64,000 nt of DNA from Marsupella aquatica (taxonomy: Eukaryota > Plantae > Marchantiophyta): positions 12,655,929 through 12,719,928 of the forward strand of contig OZ316895.1 in NCBI GenBank assembly GCA_973895155.1, written 5' to 3'. Both the position numbers and the translations under genes were made by a program. The first letter of the stretch is position 1; every line of letters starts with the position of its first letter. Shown here piece after piece: positions 12,200-25,234 of the stretch. The notes beneath the pieces were generated by a model, which did no database searches, was not told where the DNA came from, and saw only the letters and a program-made list of their open reading frames with translations.

Positions 12200-12269
12200 C
12201 TTAGAGAAGTCGTCTTCATATATAGACACTCTGATTTCAGAGGAGAAGTACTAGGATAATCGCTGTCTC

Positions 12270-12720
12270 GGCACAGGGTTACTAGGTTTCATATATAGGC
12301 CCTCGGCACAGGGTTACTAAGTTTCATATATAGGCCCTGAATTTAGGTGAGAAGACGCCCTGAATTTAGGTGAGAAATAGAGGATACTCAATGTTTGGGC
12401 ACAGGGTTACTAGGCTGTAATATAGTGTGACCAGAAAGTGAATCAAAGCGGGCACAGGGTTACTAGGCTCTAATATAGTGTGACCAGAAAGTGAAGCAAA
12501 GCGGGCACAGGGTTTTACTAGACTCGGCAGAGGTTTACTAGGTTATAATAGTGTGACCAGGGCACAGGGTTTACTAGACTTGGCAGAGGTTTACTAGGTT
12601 ATAATAGTGTGACCAGGGCACAGGGTTACTAGGTTGTAAAAGTGTGACCAAAAAGTGAAGAAATTTGGTTCCTGGGGTACAGGTTACTAGGCTGTAGTCC
12701 GGTGACCAGAAAGTGAAAAA
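12270..12720. repeat. Degenerate tandem array of ggcacagggttactagg...tatagtgtgaccag units
   Basis: About ten copies of the (c)agggtt(t)actagg core with 35-55 bp spacing. Confidence 0.85.
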
Positions 12721-15634
12721 AAGCTACAGCCTGCTAGGAAACTTTTCTAAGCAGTTTGGGAATAGGCCCCGGTAGGTTTAGGGTTAAGGGCCGGGTCTAG
12801 AACCCCAGCCCAGACAGTCCTTATACACCTAAATAGAGTCCGGAATAAAAATTAATGGGCAAGACTTTCTGGGCACTACATTATGGATATAGTGGGGCCT
12901 CCAGAAATCCTTACAAACTGGTAACTTTGATTCCATACCTAATTTCTGGTTCTAAAACGGGTGTGCGTATACGTGTGGGTGGGATCATGGAAGTTCTGAT
13001 TATCTACTTGGCCCCTGGTTGTCCACTTTGTGACACTGCTTTATTCCCCACTTTATTCCTCTCTCCCTCCTTGTGTGGGTCCATGTAGGATCAGTGGGGG
13101 GTCACACTGAAATGGGTTCCCTACAATGAATGTATGTCACTATTAGGGTGGGGAGAGTCTACTAATTGTTCTTCCTCATTTCTATTTACTCATTTCTATT
13201 TCCTCATTTCTATTCAAGACAAAAGAAAAGGTTTACTTCAAATATCCTGCAATTGATCATAGTTCATTTTTCTGAAAACCTTTGAGAGATATTAATTGTC
13301 ATGATTATTATTACTAGCTTGGGTGCCCTCTTTGAAAGTAAATAGAGGTGAGTGAAACACACTAGGTAACTGAAGTAGAATCAAGCCTGTTGCCTGCTCA
13401 TCAATTCCCATCAATACCACATGAATTCACGTTTCATTGGTTTCCGGTGACTCTTCACACTTGTCCCATTTTCAAGAACTCAACCTGCCCCCGATCCCCA
13501 TTTTCCACCCGCACCCCCAACCTTGTTACACCCCAGAGTTACAGTCTACAGAGTTCGCCTTAGACCCTAGCCTGCTCTGAACATGAGGTTAACATCACAA
13601 TTATATAGTTAGTTTTGGACATGTTATATATCATCTACAGTGAAGAATTGCTGGAAAATGGCTCTGAGTGACCTCTAGGTTTGCAATTAAAAATGGCTGC
13701 ATAGGCTCACATAAGCAGCATGGATTTCAGCTAAACTTTCTACTTTTCTCAGATAATACCACAAACATTTTTGTCTGACGGTGATGGCACATCAAAAGCA
13801 TCATGAGGTGTACTGTGCTACATGGCAAATGCCCACCATAGCCCAATAAAGCCAATTGTTCTGTTATATCACTGAGTGCACATGGCAAATGCCCACCATA
13901 GCCCAATAAACCCAATGGTTCTTTTATATCACTGAGTGTTACCCAAGTGTCCTTTTATATCAGCTGTGCTGTCTATGTATCCGGCTGTTGCTTTTTGATG
14001 TGTACTTCCCATGCTGGTAAAACAGTTTTTACCGGCAAAAGCATTGTACACTCTTGCCCTTTCCAAACGTTTCTTTGCCATTTAAAAACATATAAACAGC
14101 ATTGTGGAATGCCATCCAAGCTGTTGGGTTTGAAAGGAGATCCCATCCGGTTCATGTGAGAGGCAATACGCTTACTATGATTTTTGACCTCGAGAGAGAT
14201 TGCCAGTATGAAAGACCATCACGTTAACATTTTCACTCGTTTAAGTCAAAGGCCTACTTTGCTGATGGAAGGATTGAAGTGTGGATCGCACGTTGTATCA
14301 GGATGACAAGAGTTCGACGCAACTCATTTTTGGGTGTCGACTAGCCAACGAGTGGAGCATGTCGACTATGTATGTCTCGCATGTTTGTCTTCGAGATTAA
14401 TATAGTATCCAGTACATGACGTGGCCTGTAACTAAACTCACCCACAATTTCTCCAGCCTAACACACATTTTCCGTAGCAAGCTGTTGTGGATGAAGCTAA
14501 TCCATTTGTTTGTGTGGCTCATGGTCGAAACAGAAAGCTTTTACGGCAGTGATCTGAGCCCCATGCTGACCTTTTGCGGTACAGACGAAAGGTTTATAAA
14601 GCTCAAAAGCGGATAGAGTGGCTGGATGTCCTTGCTTACTGCTGCTCTTCCCTACCTACCGAATTGGCCACACAGAACTTGGCCGACCACGGGGTCCTTC
14701 GATGTATAATTCAGCAGATCAGTAGATTCTTAAGAACAGAACTCGTCGTTGTTTTATTCCATCATCTGCGCTTCCACTCGTTTGAAACGCCTTGGCTTGA
14801 GCTAGAAGCCATTTCAAATGGCAGAGAGAAGAAAGGAAAGTTTGCAGCTAGGGTAGTGAATCGGATATATTAGGCACAGGCGAACCCACATACAAGACAT
14901 TAATGTCCCATTCAGATCTTACAAGCACGGCATATGTACTTCTCTCGCCCTTGAGGCCAACTAGGTAAGTCTGCTTGCTACAGCAAATCATTTATTGAAG
15001 AAGGAGAACGCCATTACAAACAGAAAACGTTTTGAGAAACTTCAAAGCATTTAAATGAATTAACGGCAAATGCTTTGAAAGTCACAGGAAATCACACTTC
15101 AGTTACACCTACTATCAAAGTTTCCATCAGGTCGTCAGGCAGTACAATTGTCAAGAAAACACGGTACGAGCAAGTTTTGAAGAGGCTCTCAGCCCTTCCC
15201 ACAAGTACTGAAGGTGTACAAAATCCTGCAAATCTGATTTCAGAAGTTCAACAGTTGTTGTAAGGGGATAATGAGAACATCACTAGAAAGATAAAATTGC
15301 ACATCATTCAATCCCCTATGGTGGCAATCAGTCAGGTGTAATGGACAGGTGTTTGGATGTGGCCACCGGCACTGAGTAGGAAGACACTTCTTGTCAATTT
15401 TCTACCGCATTTACAGTACATTGAAACATTTAAGCAAACTGGTGCCCTTATCATAGCCGTCATCCACTCACCGGATGGATGGAAACACTGAAAAGGAAAG
15501 AATGTATAGTTACAGAAACAGCAGCAGGCTTGCAAACCTATAGATACGACACAATGGGGATAGGAGGGCTTCTTTGCACCTCTTCTGGTCTTCTACAACT
15601 GTGATTTAGATTGATTGGAAAACCTGGAGGCTGT

Positions 15635-18600
15635 CTAGTATATTCGGTCAAGGACATAATCTACAATTCCTTCTAGTGAATGCCGAAGTGGGCTTTGCGG
15701 TAAACATTCTAGATTCTTTAGCGCTAGATTGCCCTTCTCCTGTGCGAGATGTCTGGCCTTTTCAATGCCTCCACCCCGGTTAACCAAGGCAATAGCAGCA
15801 TCTAAAGAACCGTCGTCACTAAATTCTGAACTAATCAGTCCCCTTAGTTCCGGCTCACTTTGCAATGCAAAAAGGACAGGGGCTGTAAGATTTCCCTTGG
15901 CCAGATCGCTACCAGCCGGCTTGCCGAGCTGTTCTGAAGACTGAGTGAAGTCCAGAATGTCGTCTACGACTTGAAATGCTAGACCCAAGTGTAACCCATA
16001 ATCGTACATCTGATCACAGACACTTTTGCCCATTCCACTGAAGATGGCCGCACTCCGAGTGCTGGCGGCAATCAACGAAGCAGTCTTATAGTAGCTCTTA
16101 TCCAAATAATCTTGAAGACTAATGTCGCAGTCGAACAAACTCATCGCTTGCTTTATTTCGCCGCTAGCGAAGTCCTTAATAACCTGTGAAACAGACGATT
16201 GTGTTACTTCTTGAATACTTTCCACTCTCAATTACTCCTGCTAAAATTTCCGCTTCATAGTTCCTTGGTAAAGACGCGCCCATAACAACACCACAATTCC
16301 ACTTCCTTCACATTTAGTTCCCCCTCCCATGGTAACATTGTGCAACTTAACAAATTCATGATGATCAAACATGGACGCAAAGAGAACGGCTTTACCTGAC
16401 TTATCAGCTTGATCACTTCCAGATTGTCGAGGTTAGCTAAATACCACGACGACTGGGCAAACATGAAGTCCCCTGCCAATACTGCTACGCGAGTACCAAA
16501 TACAGTGTGAATTGTGTCCTTGCCTGCAACCATAAAAGACACTCACATCAGCATCTCACGCTCGTTCATTAGCCAGTGTCAGAAAATTCTTCTACTATGA
16601 AGGAACGACACGTAGCTCAGCAGGATTTTAGAACGATATTGGTGAAGAACAGGAAGTCACCTCGTCGGGTGTCACTCTCGTCTAGGACATCGTCGTGGAT
16701 CAAGCTGGCAGTGTGTATCATTTCGATGACTTGAGCTAAACGCCAATGTTGGGGCCTCATTGCCCTGGAAACATAGAATAAAAACGGTTCAGAGGTAATA
16801 AACTGTTGATGATGACTCCATCTCGAGCGAACCAAATCATTGCGTCCTACAGGTAACTGTCCAATCAATTATCTATAGCTTTCTTAAAATCACTCTGGAA
16901 ATCCTAGTTTTGTGCAAGGGGGCTGATAAAAAGGGTCCTAAAAGATGATGCCAAGACACGGCAGGTATCTAACATCCTAACTGAGATACTGCAGCTCAGC
17001 TGTATTAAATAGACCTCTATATGTGGAACACTCTGCGAGACCTAGACATTAGGTGCCAAACCAAAACGACAACCATTTACTAATGGAGTCCAATACCAAA
17101 GAAGCGAAAGGGAACTTCAATCAGTAGATGCGCATAAAATCTGCTGTAGCAACAATTATGGAAACGGCTAACATGAGTTCGAAAAAAATTTAAACAGCTC
17201 CACGCTAAGAATCCTTGACTGCCTCCCTTCCGACCATAAACAAAACTGCCCCGAACTGAGGGAACCTTTCAAAGAGCAAGGTATCCCGTCTAACCATGAA
17301 ACCAGCGGGATTCAGTTTTCAGAGAGTGGTTTGCACCGAAGAACACAAAGCGAACCGGGAATTGCTTTCAGTTCACGTGACTCACTCTAGACCTGCAAGT
17401 TGACTTGTTGCCTTGGAGACTAGAAACACTAAGGCTGGCCTCAGTCTTTTCCCTCCAGCACTAAAAATTTGCTCTGCAGCTGCCATCAGCAATGGATTTT
17501 CAGCACCGACAATCTGCATGAGCCCAGGACAAAATCCTCCGTTTCAGTGGGTAGGAAACAAAGTTTCACAAATATTCGTAAAGCACTTCTACTCGTCAGT
17601 GCAGTCGGGATCCCAATAACCCCCTCCCCATATTTGTTTCTTTAAAGAATTTGTACCCAATTTCAGAGCACCTACTCGTATGAGGGAATTCAGGAGTGAA
17701 TTGAACGACTCACAGCATGGAGATCATCGTTGAGGATACGAAGATCATCTGCAACTGGCTCCACTAAAGTAGATAGAGATTCCTTGGACCTTCGTCGTGG
17801 TTTACTAGGATCCACCAAAGTGCTTCCATTCTGAAGCGGCAGTACACTGACGCCACTTAAACCTGTAGAAGACAGGATCCGGGATAGTCAGAAAAACGTT
17901 TCCTGGGATGAGTGACTGAAATCTGCAGAAATAGCAATCAAATTCTCCCACAACGATCAATGGCAATTGCCTACGCTCACGGCTTCAATCAGCCGTCTTG
18001 CCAGCCTGAACCAAGCTCTAATTGAAGCCCACCGAAACTTGGAGAACGAGGAGGTTTCAGAAAGGAGTCTATAGCCACCAGCAAATATTCACTAGCAGTA
18101 GAGATTTTGAGCAGCATACAGTGAGGCTCTGATTTAATCCTGGGAAATCCACGGCAGGTTCCACAAGCCGAAGGTGGCAGCTCACTACATAAATTGACGC
18201 TCTGACAATAGTGCCCCAAATGCTATCTAAATAACTCCAAGGGGATTCATCTCAGAAGAAACAGCTGCAAACTTCGTCAAAAGCAGGGGTTCCTCCTGAC
18301 ACCCGATAAAGTCCGGACAAAAGTAACCCACACAAAACTGCAGGTCTGGAAATTAGTCTCCGTCCCGGTTTAGGTTAATAAGCGATCTCAAAGTTGTACT
18401 GTGTGACGGCCTGTAGATGCCTTCATTCGAACAGGTCAATGCATGGCTCCACTTCCTTTTGACAATTTTCTCAAAATTAAATTTCTAGCGCCATCACCGC
18501 CGTCGTCTTTAGCCTAGAGTAAGTTGACCTCTGTAGTGGCCTTCCCTTCTAGTTCTGAGGATCCTGTTCCAACTTTCCTGGCTCCAAACGACCCTACATC

Positions 18601-19275
18601 CTCTGCCTAAAAAAATGTAATGTGAATCACCTCAAAAGACAACCAAGGATTCGTTTCTCCCAGTAAACTAGAGATTCTGTTCAACCAGGTCAGACGCTCA
18701 CCACCCAAAAAAACGAGAGTTCAATTAAGGAGGGAAACTCCAGAAGGTTGCTGCCACTAAACTCAAGTGGCAAACAAGGCTCAGAGCAGAGAAGACTGGC
18801 AATGTACACTCCTTTGACTATGATCAAGTACACTCCTTTGACTATGATCAAAATTGACAGCAGTAGAAAGTTGACGAGGGGATCGAACAGGGAACACACC
18901 CGGGATAACCGGTGCAGTCGAAGAACTTTGATTGGGAAGAGTACCGGGAGACTGGGAGCTAATCATGGATCCCAGAGCTTGCTGCACACCAAGTCCGCCT
19001 CCTCTCCTCCCACCACTACCAACAGTACTTTGGTATTCGCTGCTACTCGTCCCTTGACTCGCGTGCTTAAACGTCTCCACCTTACAACTAGCATATCTAC
19101 CTCCTCCCAGCCCCCCTTGGCAAGACGAAACCGAGTTCCGCCTTGGAGATATAAAACCACTAGGGGACGATGAAAATGTCGGACAACTTGACCCACAAAG
19201 CTGCTCTGCTGCAGCTCCACTCCTGCTCAATACAATGTGTGGCATAATTGCCACGCTTCCTCCCACTGCTGCCAT
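15635..19275 (-). CDS. SPS: Solanesyl diphosphate synthase (plastid trans-long-chain prenyl diphosphate synthase); exons 19275-18945, 17862-17714, 17513-17386, 16764-16661, 16523-16396, 16183-15635
   Basis: [32 protein letters not shown] (first Asp-rich motif), [26 protein letters not shown] and [12 protein letters not shown] (second motif); all introns GT-AG with consistent phases; Ser/Gly-rich transit-peptide-like first exon (its 3' boundary is the least certain). Confidence 0.93.
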
Positions 19276-21916
19276 CCCAGCTGTGTCTGTCTCTCTCTCC
19301 TTCCTGTCCCACTCCGACGCACTCGAGGCAATCACCAGGAGATTGCTGATTCGTCCCCAACACCGATCACCAGACAATTCCGTTGCTAGTCCGAGATGAG
19401 CGAGGCACACCTCTCCCTCAAAATGACATCCAAATAGAATCCGCAATCTACCGTACCACCGACTAAGTTTCCCTCTACCGAATCTCTGTCTGTCTACTCT
19501 CTACCTCTTCAACCGAGATCAAAGGGTACGAAATCCTGTCGCCCCGCACAAATACACAAGCTTGATGGATATAGCCGAGTTCCCAGCCATCAACAGTGGC
19601 ACAAAACCAGTGAGTAGTCAATGCGTCAACCCACAGCGTTCTCTACTCAACATTCCGAGCTCCCATCCACAGCCCAGGCTCACTCGCCCGTCGTACAATG
19701 CCAATCCACAAAAAGTTTCACAGAAAGCTTCAGACGCAAGTGACGACTTTGCAGTATCATCAGCGGTGTGGCATCACGGCTGCTGTCGAAGTGCCAGCAG
19801 AGAGCTCACTGCGCAAATGAGTGACCGACGTGAGGAGCTCCAGAGCAGAAGTGACATAAAGCGTGCCTGGGCTTCAATCCAACCGCGCCAACGCAGCCAG
19901 CGTAAGTGGAGGCATTCATTCGACCGACCGATCGATCGATCGATGGGCAACGCAGAGTGCCGAATTGCCCTCTCCAGGACGTTTCGCCTTGTGGGTCATG
20001 TGTCCGTCTGTCTCTCTCCCACTCGGAGTCTGGGCAGCAGACAGCCACTGGTGGCTGATCAACGAGCGAGGAGAGAGGGGGGATGAAGGAAAGGAAAGGA
20101 AGAGCAAGAGGGGGACTTGGAAGTTGGAGTGGACCGCGGGAGATTTGGACCACAGGGCAGAGAGGAGCTTGATAGGCAGAGCGCAAATAGATAGATGAGA
20201 AGCAAACACGTATTGTCCGTCCCCCCCGTTTCCCCGCCTTTCCCTTTCGCTTTCCCTTCCCCCGGGCCCCGCCCGATCTCACACGACTCGGAACTAGTAG
20301 AGTAGTAGTAGTAGGGCGTCTCAAACTTAAGCATTTGGAATTCCGAATGGCACCCGGGATTTCACAGTCGCGGGCCGCCCGGATCAGGTGGTCGGCCCAC
20401 CGATTTGGTGACCGAAAAGTTTTTACCGGGTTTTTTTGGTCACCCGGTCGTCCGCTATGGACTAACCCTGGGTTGGATAGGCAGGTGGCAACTAACTGAA
20501 GCAGCAGACGAGGGCGACTCGAGAATCAAAACCGAACTAGGTGGAGCACTAGACGGGACGAACACGAGAAACGAACACGAACGCGAGACTAGCCCAGACG
20601 GGACAACTGCTAAGAAACAAACACGAACTCGACATTCAACTCGAGGGCCTCCACTTTTCGTATGATTGCGTGGATCAGTCTGTTTCTGTGCTCTCGATTC
20701 GGACGCAGAAAGCAGGAGGACGAGGAGGAGCAGCAGCAAACCTCTCTGTCGCGGGTTCTCTATCGCAATTCTGCGTCAAGGGAAAGGATTCTGGCTGTGA
20801 ATCCGGGAGCTATGGAATTCGAGGATCCATGAGCAGGAGGAGAGCGATTCTAGTTGCTGGAAAGGTTTAGGGCGTGATGGTGGCCGGTCGATGACAGAGT
20901 GATCGTTGTGATGTCGAATTTGGAATGGCTGCTCCACCAGGTGAGAGATAATTTCGAGGGCTGCAGGGGATTAAGGGGTTTCTCGGTTGCGTGAATCCCC
21001 TTCGAGTGTTTGAAGAATAATCTATCCAGGGGATCTAGTTTCCTGTCTCTTTCGATGAAGTTTCTTGTCTCTTCCGATGAAGTTTCCGCCCTCTGTGTAG
21101 TGGTTTGCTCTTCAAATTGCCTGCATAAATGTATGCTTGAAATTTCTGGAGAAATGAACCTTAATGGCAGCTTTACGATGGGCCGTATGTGCTAAACTTT
21201 CCACGCCTGTTCAATTTCTTTGTGCGCAGACGTTAAGGCGGGTTGAGAGTGAGCGATACAAGTGCTGGTCTGCCCGAATAGATTGAGATTTTCGTCGTCG
21301 TTGAGCTGAGATTACATTAGCTGTGGTGATCAAAGATGGCGACAGAGAGAGCAGCAAGATGCTTTTGCAACCACGGCCACGGGCGCGCCTATCACCTTCG
21401 AGCGCCCTCTTCCCACCGAGCTCAAGTTTGCAAAGTCATGTAAGTAGAGCTTTTCTTTGGCAAAGTTATTCGAGTTTGAACCTCGTTGTATCATTTTGCA
21501 TTAATGTCTGCAAGTTAATTAATTAGCCCTTAGATTAGACAGACAAACATGTGTCCCTAAGATGTTTTTCTCATAATGAAATTTATGAGTGAGACGAGTA
21601 GCAACATGTACCTGGCTGATGTCGAGCATTAAATTCAAGTTAATTTTAAAATGGTCCTTAGACTGGTACTGCTCCATCTGCAGTAGCTAGTGGAACTTCA
21701 TGACGATCATCTACGCGTTGCCTTCTGGACAAGAGGAGCGTCTAGGGGGGTACCTCACTTGATCCTCATTTTACCACATTATCGAAATTACATCACCGAA
21801 AGCTAGAGCCCAGGGTAGAAGGTCAAGACTGTAAGCAAACAAGGAACATCCTAGTTTAATTGGGTAATGACAATGTCCTATCGTGAATTGTGTTTGCAGT
21901 AACTTGATCTGACACT

Positions 21917-23460
21917 ATGCCTCGAGTTTCACAACGACAAATACAGCTCAGGGCTGTAAAACAGAAACTTGAGCTTAACATTGCCCTCCTCAGCGACAGT
22001 GATGAGTCTGACGAAGGTGAGAAGGTGTTTCATAAGATGCCTGGACAACTGAAGTGTGCAGGGATTGGAAATTTCAGTAATGAACTGTCTGATGATAGTT
22101 GCCTCCAGCTTGATTCATCTGGAGACAGTGACCATGACGAGTATGACCAAGACGACACAAGACCTGAGGACTTGCTAGAGTTGTATTTTGTGCTATATAA
22201 CACCAGGTATTTCATGCCTCGTCATGTGAGTCTGAAGTCCAATGACTTTGCCACTCAATTCTTCCATAACCTGCCAGAACTACTTTTCAGGCAACTTACA
22301 AGGATGAATAAGAATTCCTTTTTCCATTTGCTTGACTTGGTATCGACTCATCCAGTCTTTCAGAACAGGTCCCAATTTGAGCAAGCTCCTATAGTCAGGC
22401 AAATGGCAGTTTGCCTTGACCGTCTTGGGCATGATGGTAACGGGGCTTGTCTTAACCATATGATCCCTACCTGGGGTGTAAGTACCGGTTCTTTGGTGAA
22501 TTTTTCGAAACGATGCTTCTGTGCACTTGAATCTGTTCTTGCAGACCAGATCCAATGGCCAACTAGGGATGAGCGTCTTCAGCTGAGTGATGGTTTTGCC
22601 AGACTTGGATTCCCTGGATGCATTGGTCTCATAGATGGGTCTCTCCTACCTCTTGCACAAAGACCTGCTCTCCATGGTGAGTGCTATTACGACAGGAAGT
22701 CCAGGTACTCAGTTAATGCTCAAGTGGTTTGTGACAATCGACGCAAAATCCTCTTCATGTTTACAGGTCTGTGTTGCTCCTCACTTCATAACCAGTGCTT
22801 GTATTCTGTCACTGGCATGCTCTTTAACCATTCAATTCCGCTTAGCGTTTAATGTCTTTATCTTGACTTTGTTACAAATCACTCCTTACAGGAATGCCAG
22901 GCTCCTGTAGTGACCTCACATGTGTGAAACGCTCCCCACTATTCCAGTACTGCAATGGAGTTGGTGGAACACTTCTTTTCGATGAAAATCAGTACCTGCT
23001 AGGTGACAGTGGGTACCAAGCTCTTCCCCACTTGGTCTGCGCTTTTAAAAGGTCTGACTTCTGTCAAGACAAGGAGGACTTCAATACTTGCATTGCAAAG
23101 TGCCGGGTCACAAATGAGCACTGTATAGGGGTACTAAAATCCCGTTGGCATTCACTGAAGGAGGTCCGCACTCAATTGAACAAGAGTAAGGACTCTCTCT
23201 GGATGATACGGTGGGTTTCCTTGTGTGGCAAACTGCATAATTACGTTATGAGCATGAACGACGAATGGTCTGAATCTGACATGGAAGAGGATAATTGTGA
23301 TGAGCCCCCAGCTGTAGTGGAGGAGGCAAACATAGTCCCAGACCCTGCACGTTCCTCAAGGCGGAGAACTGCTGAGGCTGGTCACGCTATTTTACTCAGG
23401 GTTATGGACGATGCTCTCACATTCTACCGCCAACCAGGAGGATTTTTGCACCATGACTGA
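21917..23460 (+). CDS. Harbinger transposase (DDE_Tnp_4/HARBI1-like nuclease); exons 21917-22766 and 22892-23460
   Basis: GCIGLIDGS, YYDRKSRYSVNAQVVCD, YLLGDSGY and NEHCIGVLKSRW supply the D-D-E triad; phase-1 intron 22767-22891 (GT...CAG) joins the two ORFs with no internal stop. Confidence 0.92.
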
Positions 23461-25234
23461 AGAAATAGCTTTACAGTGCTATTGTCTAGGAAACAGGAGT
23501 GTTCCTATGTTGGGTTATTCTGTGGAGCCCGAACTTGTCATTTACTAAAGTTGATTGTTTTTTAAACTCGATTTCCTTCTATTGTGGAGAGGAATTGATA
23601 AACAATTACTTGTCTATGTGTTCAGACAAATTGCATTACAACCTCCGTTGTACCCTAAGATTCATTATCGTCTCTTTTCTACTCGACTGTGTGAATTATG
23701 TGAAGATGAATTGTGTGAATTATGTGACTCTCTGCTGTGCTCTGAGTACCTAGCTCTTGTTGAGTGACTTGACTTGGAATCCTTGAGGCTTGATCGTTTC
23801 TCAGACGTGTTACGCGCACACTGTTGTCGTAATTGTTGATCATCGCGCGCACACTGTTGTCGTAATTGTTGATCATCGCACTGTCTCACTCTGGACCCTA
23901 AGCAATCGTTCCGTAAGGAATTGGAGAGGTGTCAGATTGTTGGGACTCTTTGCTTCGGTTCTGGATCTAGCTCTTGCTCCCCAGTTATTGCGCACAATGT
24001 TGTGATAATTTGCTTTTTGTCTCTCAAGCACCCTACGCAGCTTGTTTCTCCATGGAATTGGAGAGAGGTCGGGTTTCGGGTTTAGCCTGGATTCTGGTCG
24101 GGCGACTATGGCGACGCAGTTCGTTTCGATGATATGTGGAAGGAGCTGGCAATGAAACGCCTGAGAGAGCAAGGAAGAGGTATTTCCTACGATGCAGAGC
24201 AATTCACACTTCAGATGGCCGCCGACCTTTCTGCGCGGAAGCGAATTGTTGTTAGGGAATGTCTACAATGTAGTTGTGTTGTTGGAGATCTTCTAATGCA
24301 TGATTGGAGCCCTGACAACCTCATGCGGATTGATGACCAGTGCCGGTGATGTGCGCAATTCATTTAACAAGGGGTACAAAATTATGCAGTTAATTATTCG
24401 ACAGGGATTGGAGTTTGGGCTAACTTGTTGGCCTTCAGTTGTGTTTGAGGAGGAGAGTTCAATGCATTCGTCGATGAATCCAGCCTCGGACCTGAGATGT
24501 AGGAGGTGAATCCGTTTATGTCACTCTGTATCTCCCCTCTTCGTATAGCTCAGGATCGGATTATCAGATATGAGGACCGAAAGGGATGTAAAAGACCCCT
24601 TGACAAGAACGTCACAGCGACGAAGGACGCTGTCGAATATCACCAACCTTTCTCTCTCCGCCAGTTGGGCCAGCGATGCTCGAGAGGGTCTGAAGGCCAA
24701 GACCCCAAGCAAGACACTTAGTTTCAACGAGTCTCAGCACGGACCAATCGATCCCCAGCAACATATCAAGGAAACTAAGGAGTAGAAGTGCACAAAGGCG
24801 ACATTCAATTGGAAACATCGTAATGGACGAGGACTGGAATGATTCGACCAACGTGGACAGTAGAAGCCAAAAGGATGGCGTGAGGAGGTCAGACTTAAGC
24901 AGACGGCGTCCGGCAGTCTCGAAAGAAAGTGGTGGATAATTTAAACCTGATTTGAATATCCACATTCCTCATGGAAGCAGGGAACGAAACAACATGAAGG
25001 CAGTTATGATGGCAACGGAGCCTTAAAATTTGAGAGCCATGAACAAAAGTAGTCTACGGTGACAGTGGAGTTCCTGAGAAACAGGCATCGGCCTGGAGGA
25101 GAGTGGTGTAAAGTTCCTGCGTCTAATCTGCTCAAGTGCTTGGCTTAATTACGGAGAACTATTCCCCCCTGAAGAATGAACTAAGTACTCACCATCGAAT
25201 GAATCTACCTCTACTCTAGTGTACTGATCTACAC

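Noticed and set aside
19562-20870. Cluster of overlapping ORFs upstream of SPS and in the Harbinger left arm
   Set aside because: GC-rich promoter/TE sequence with ORFs on both strands, mostly non-ATG starts and no recognisable motifs.
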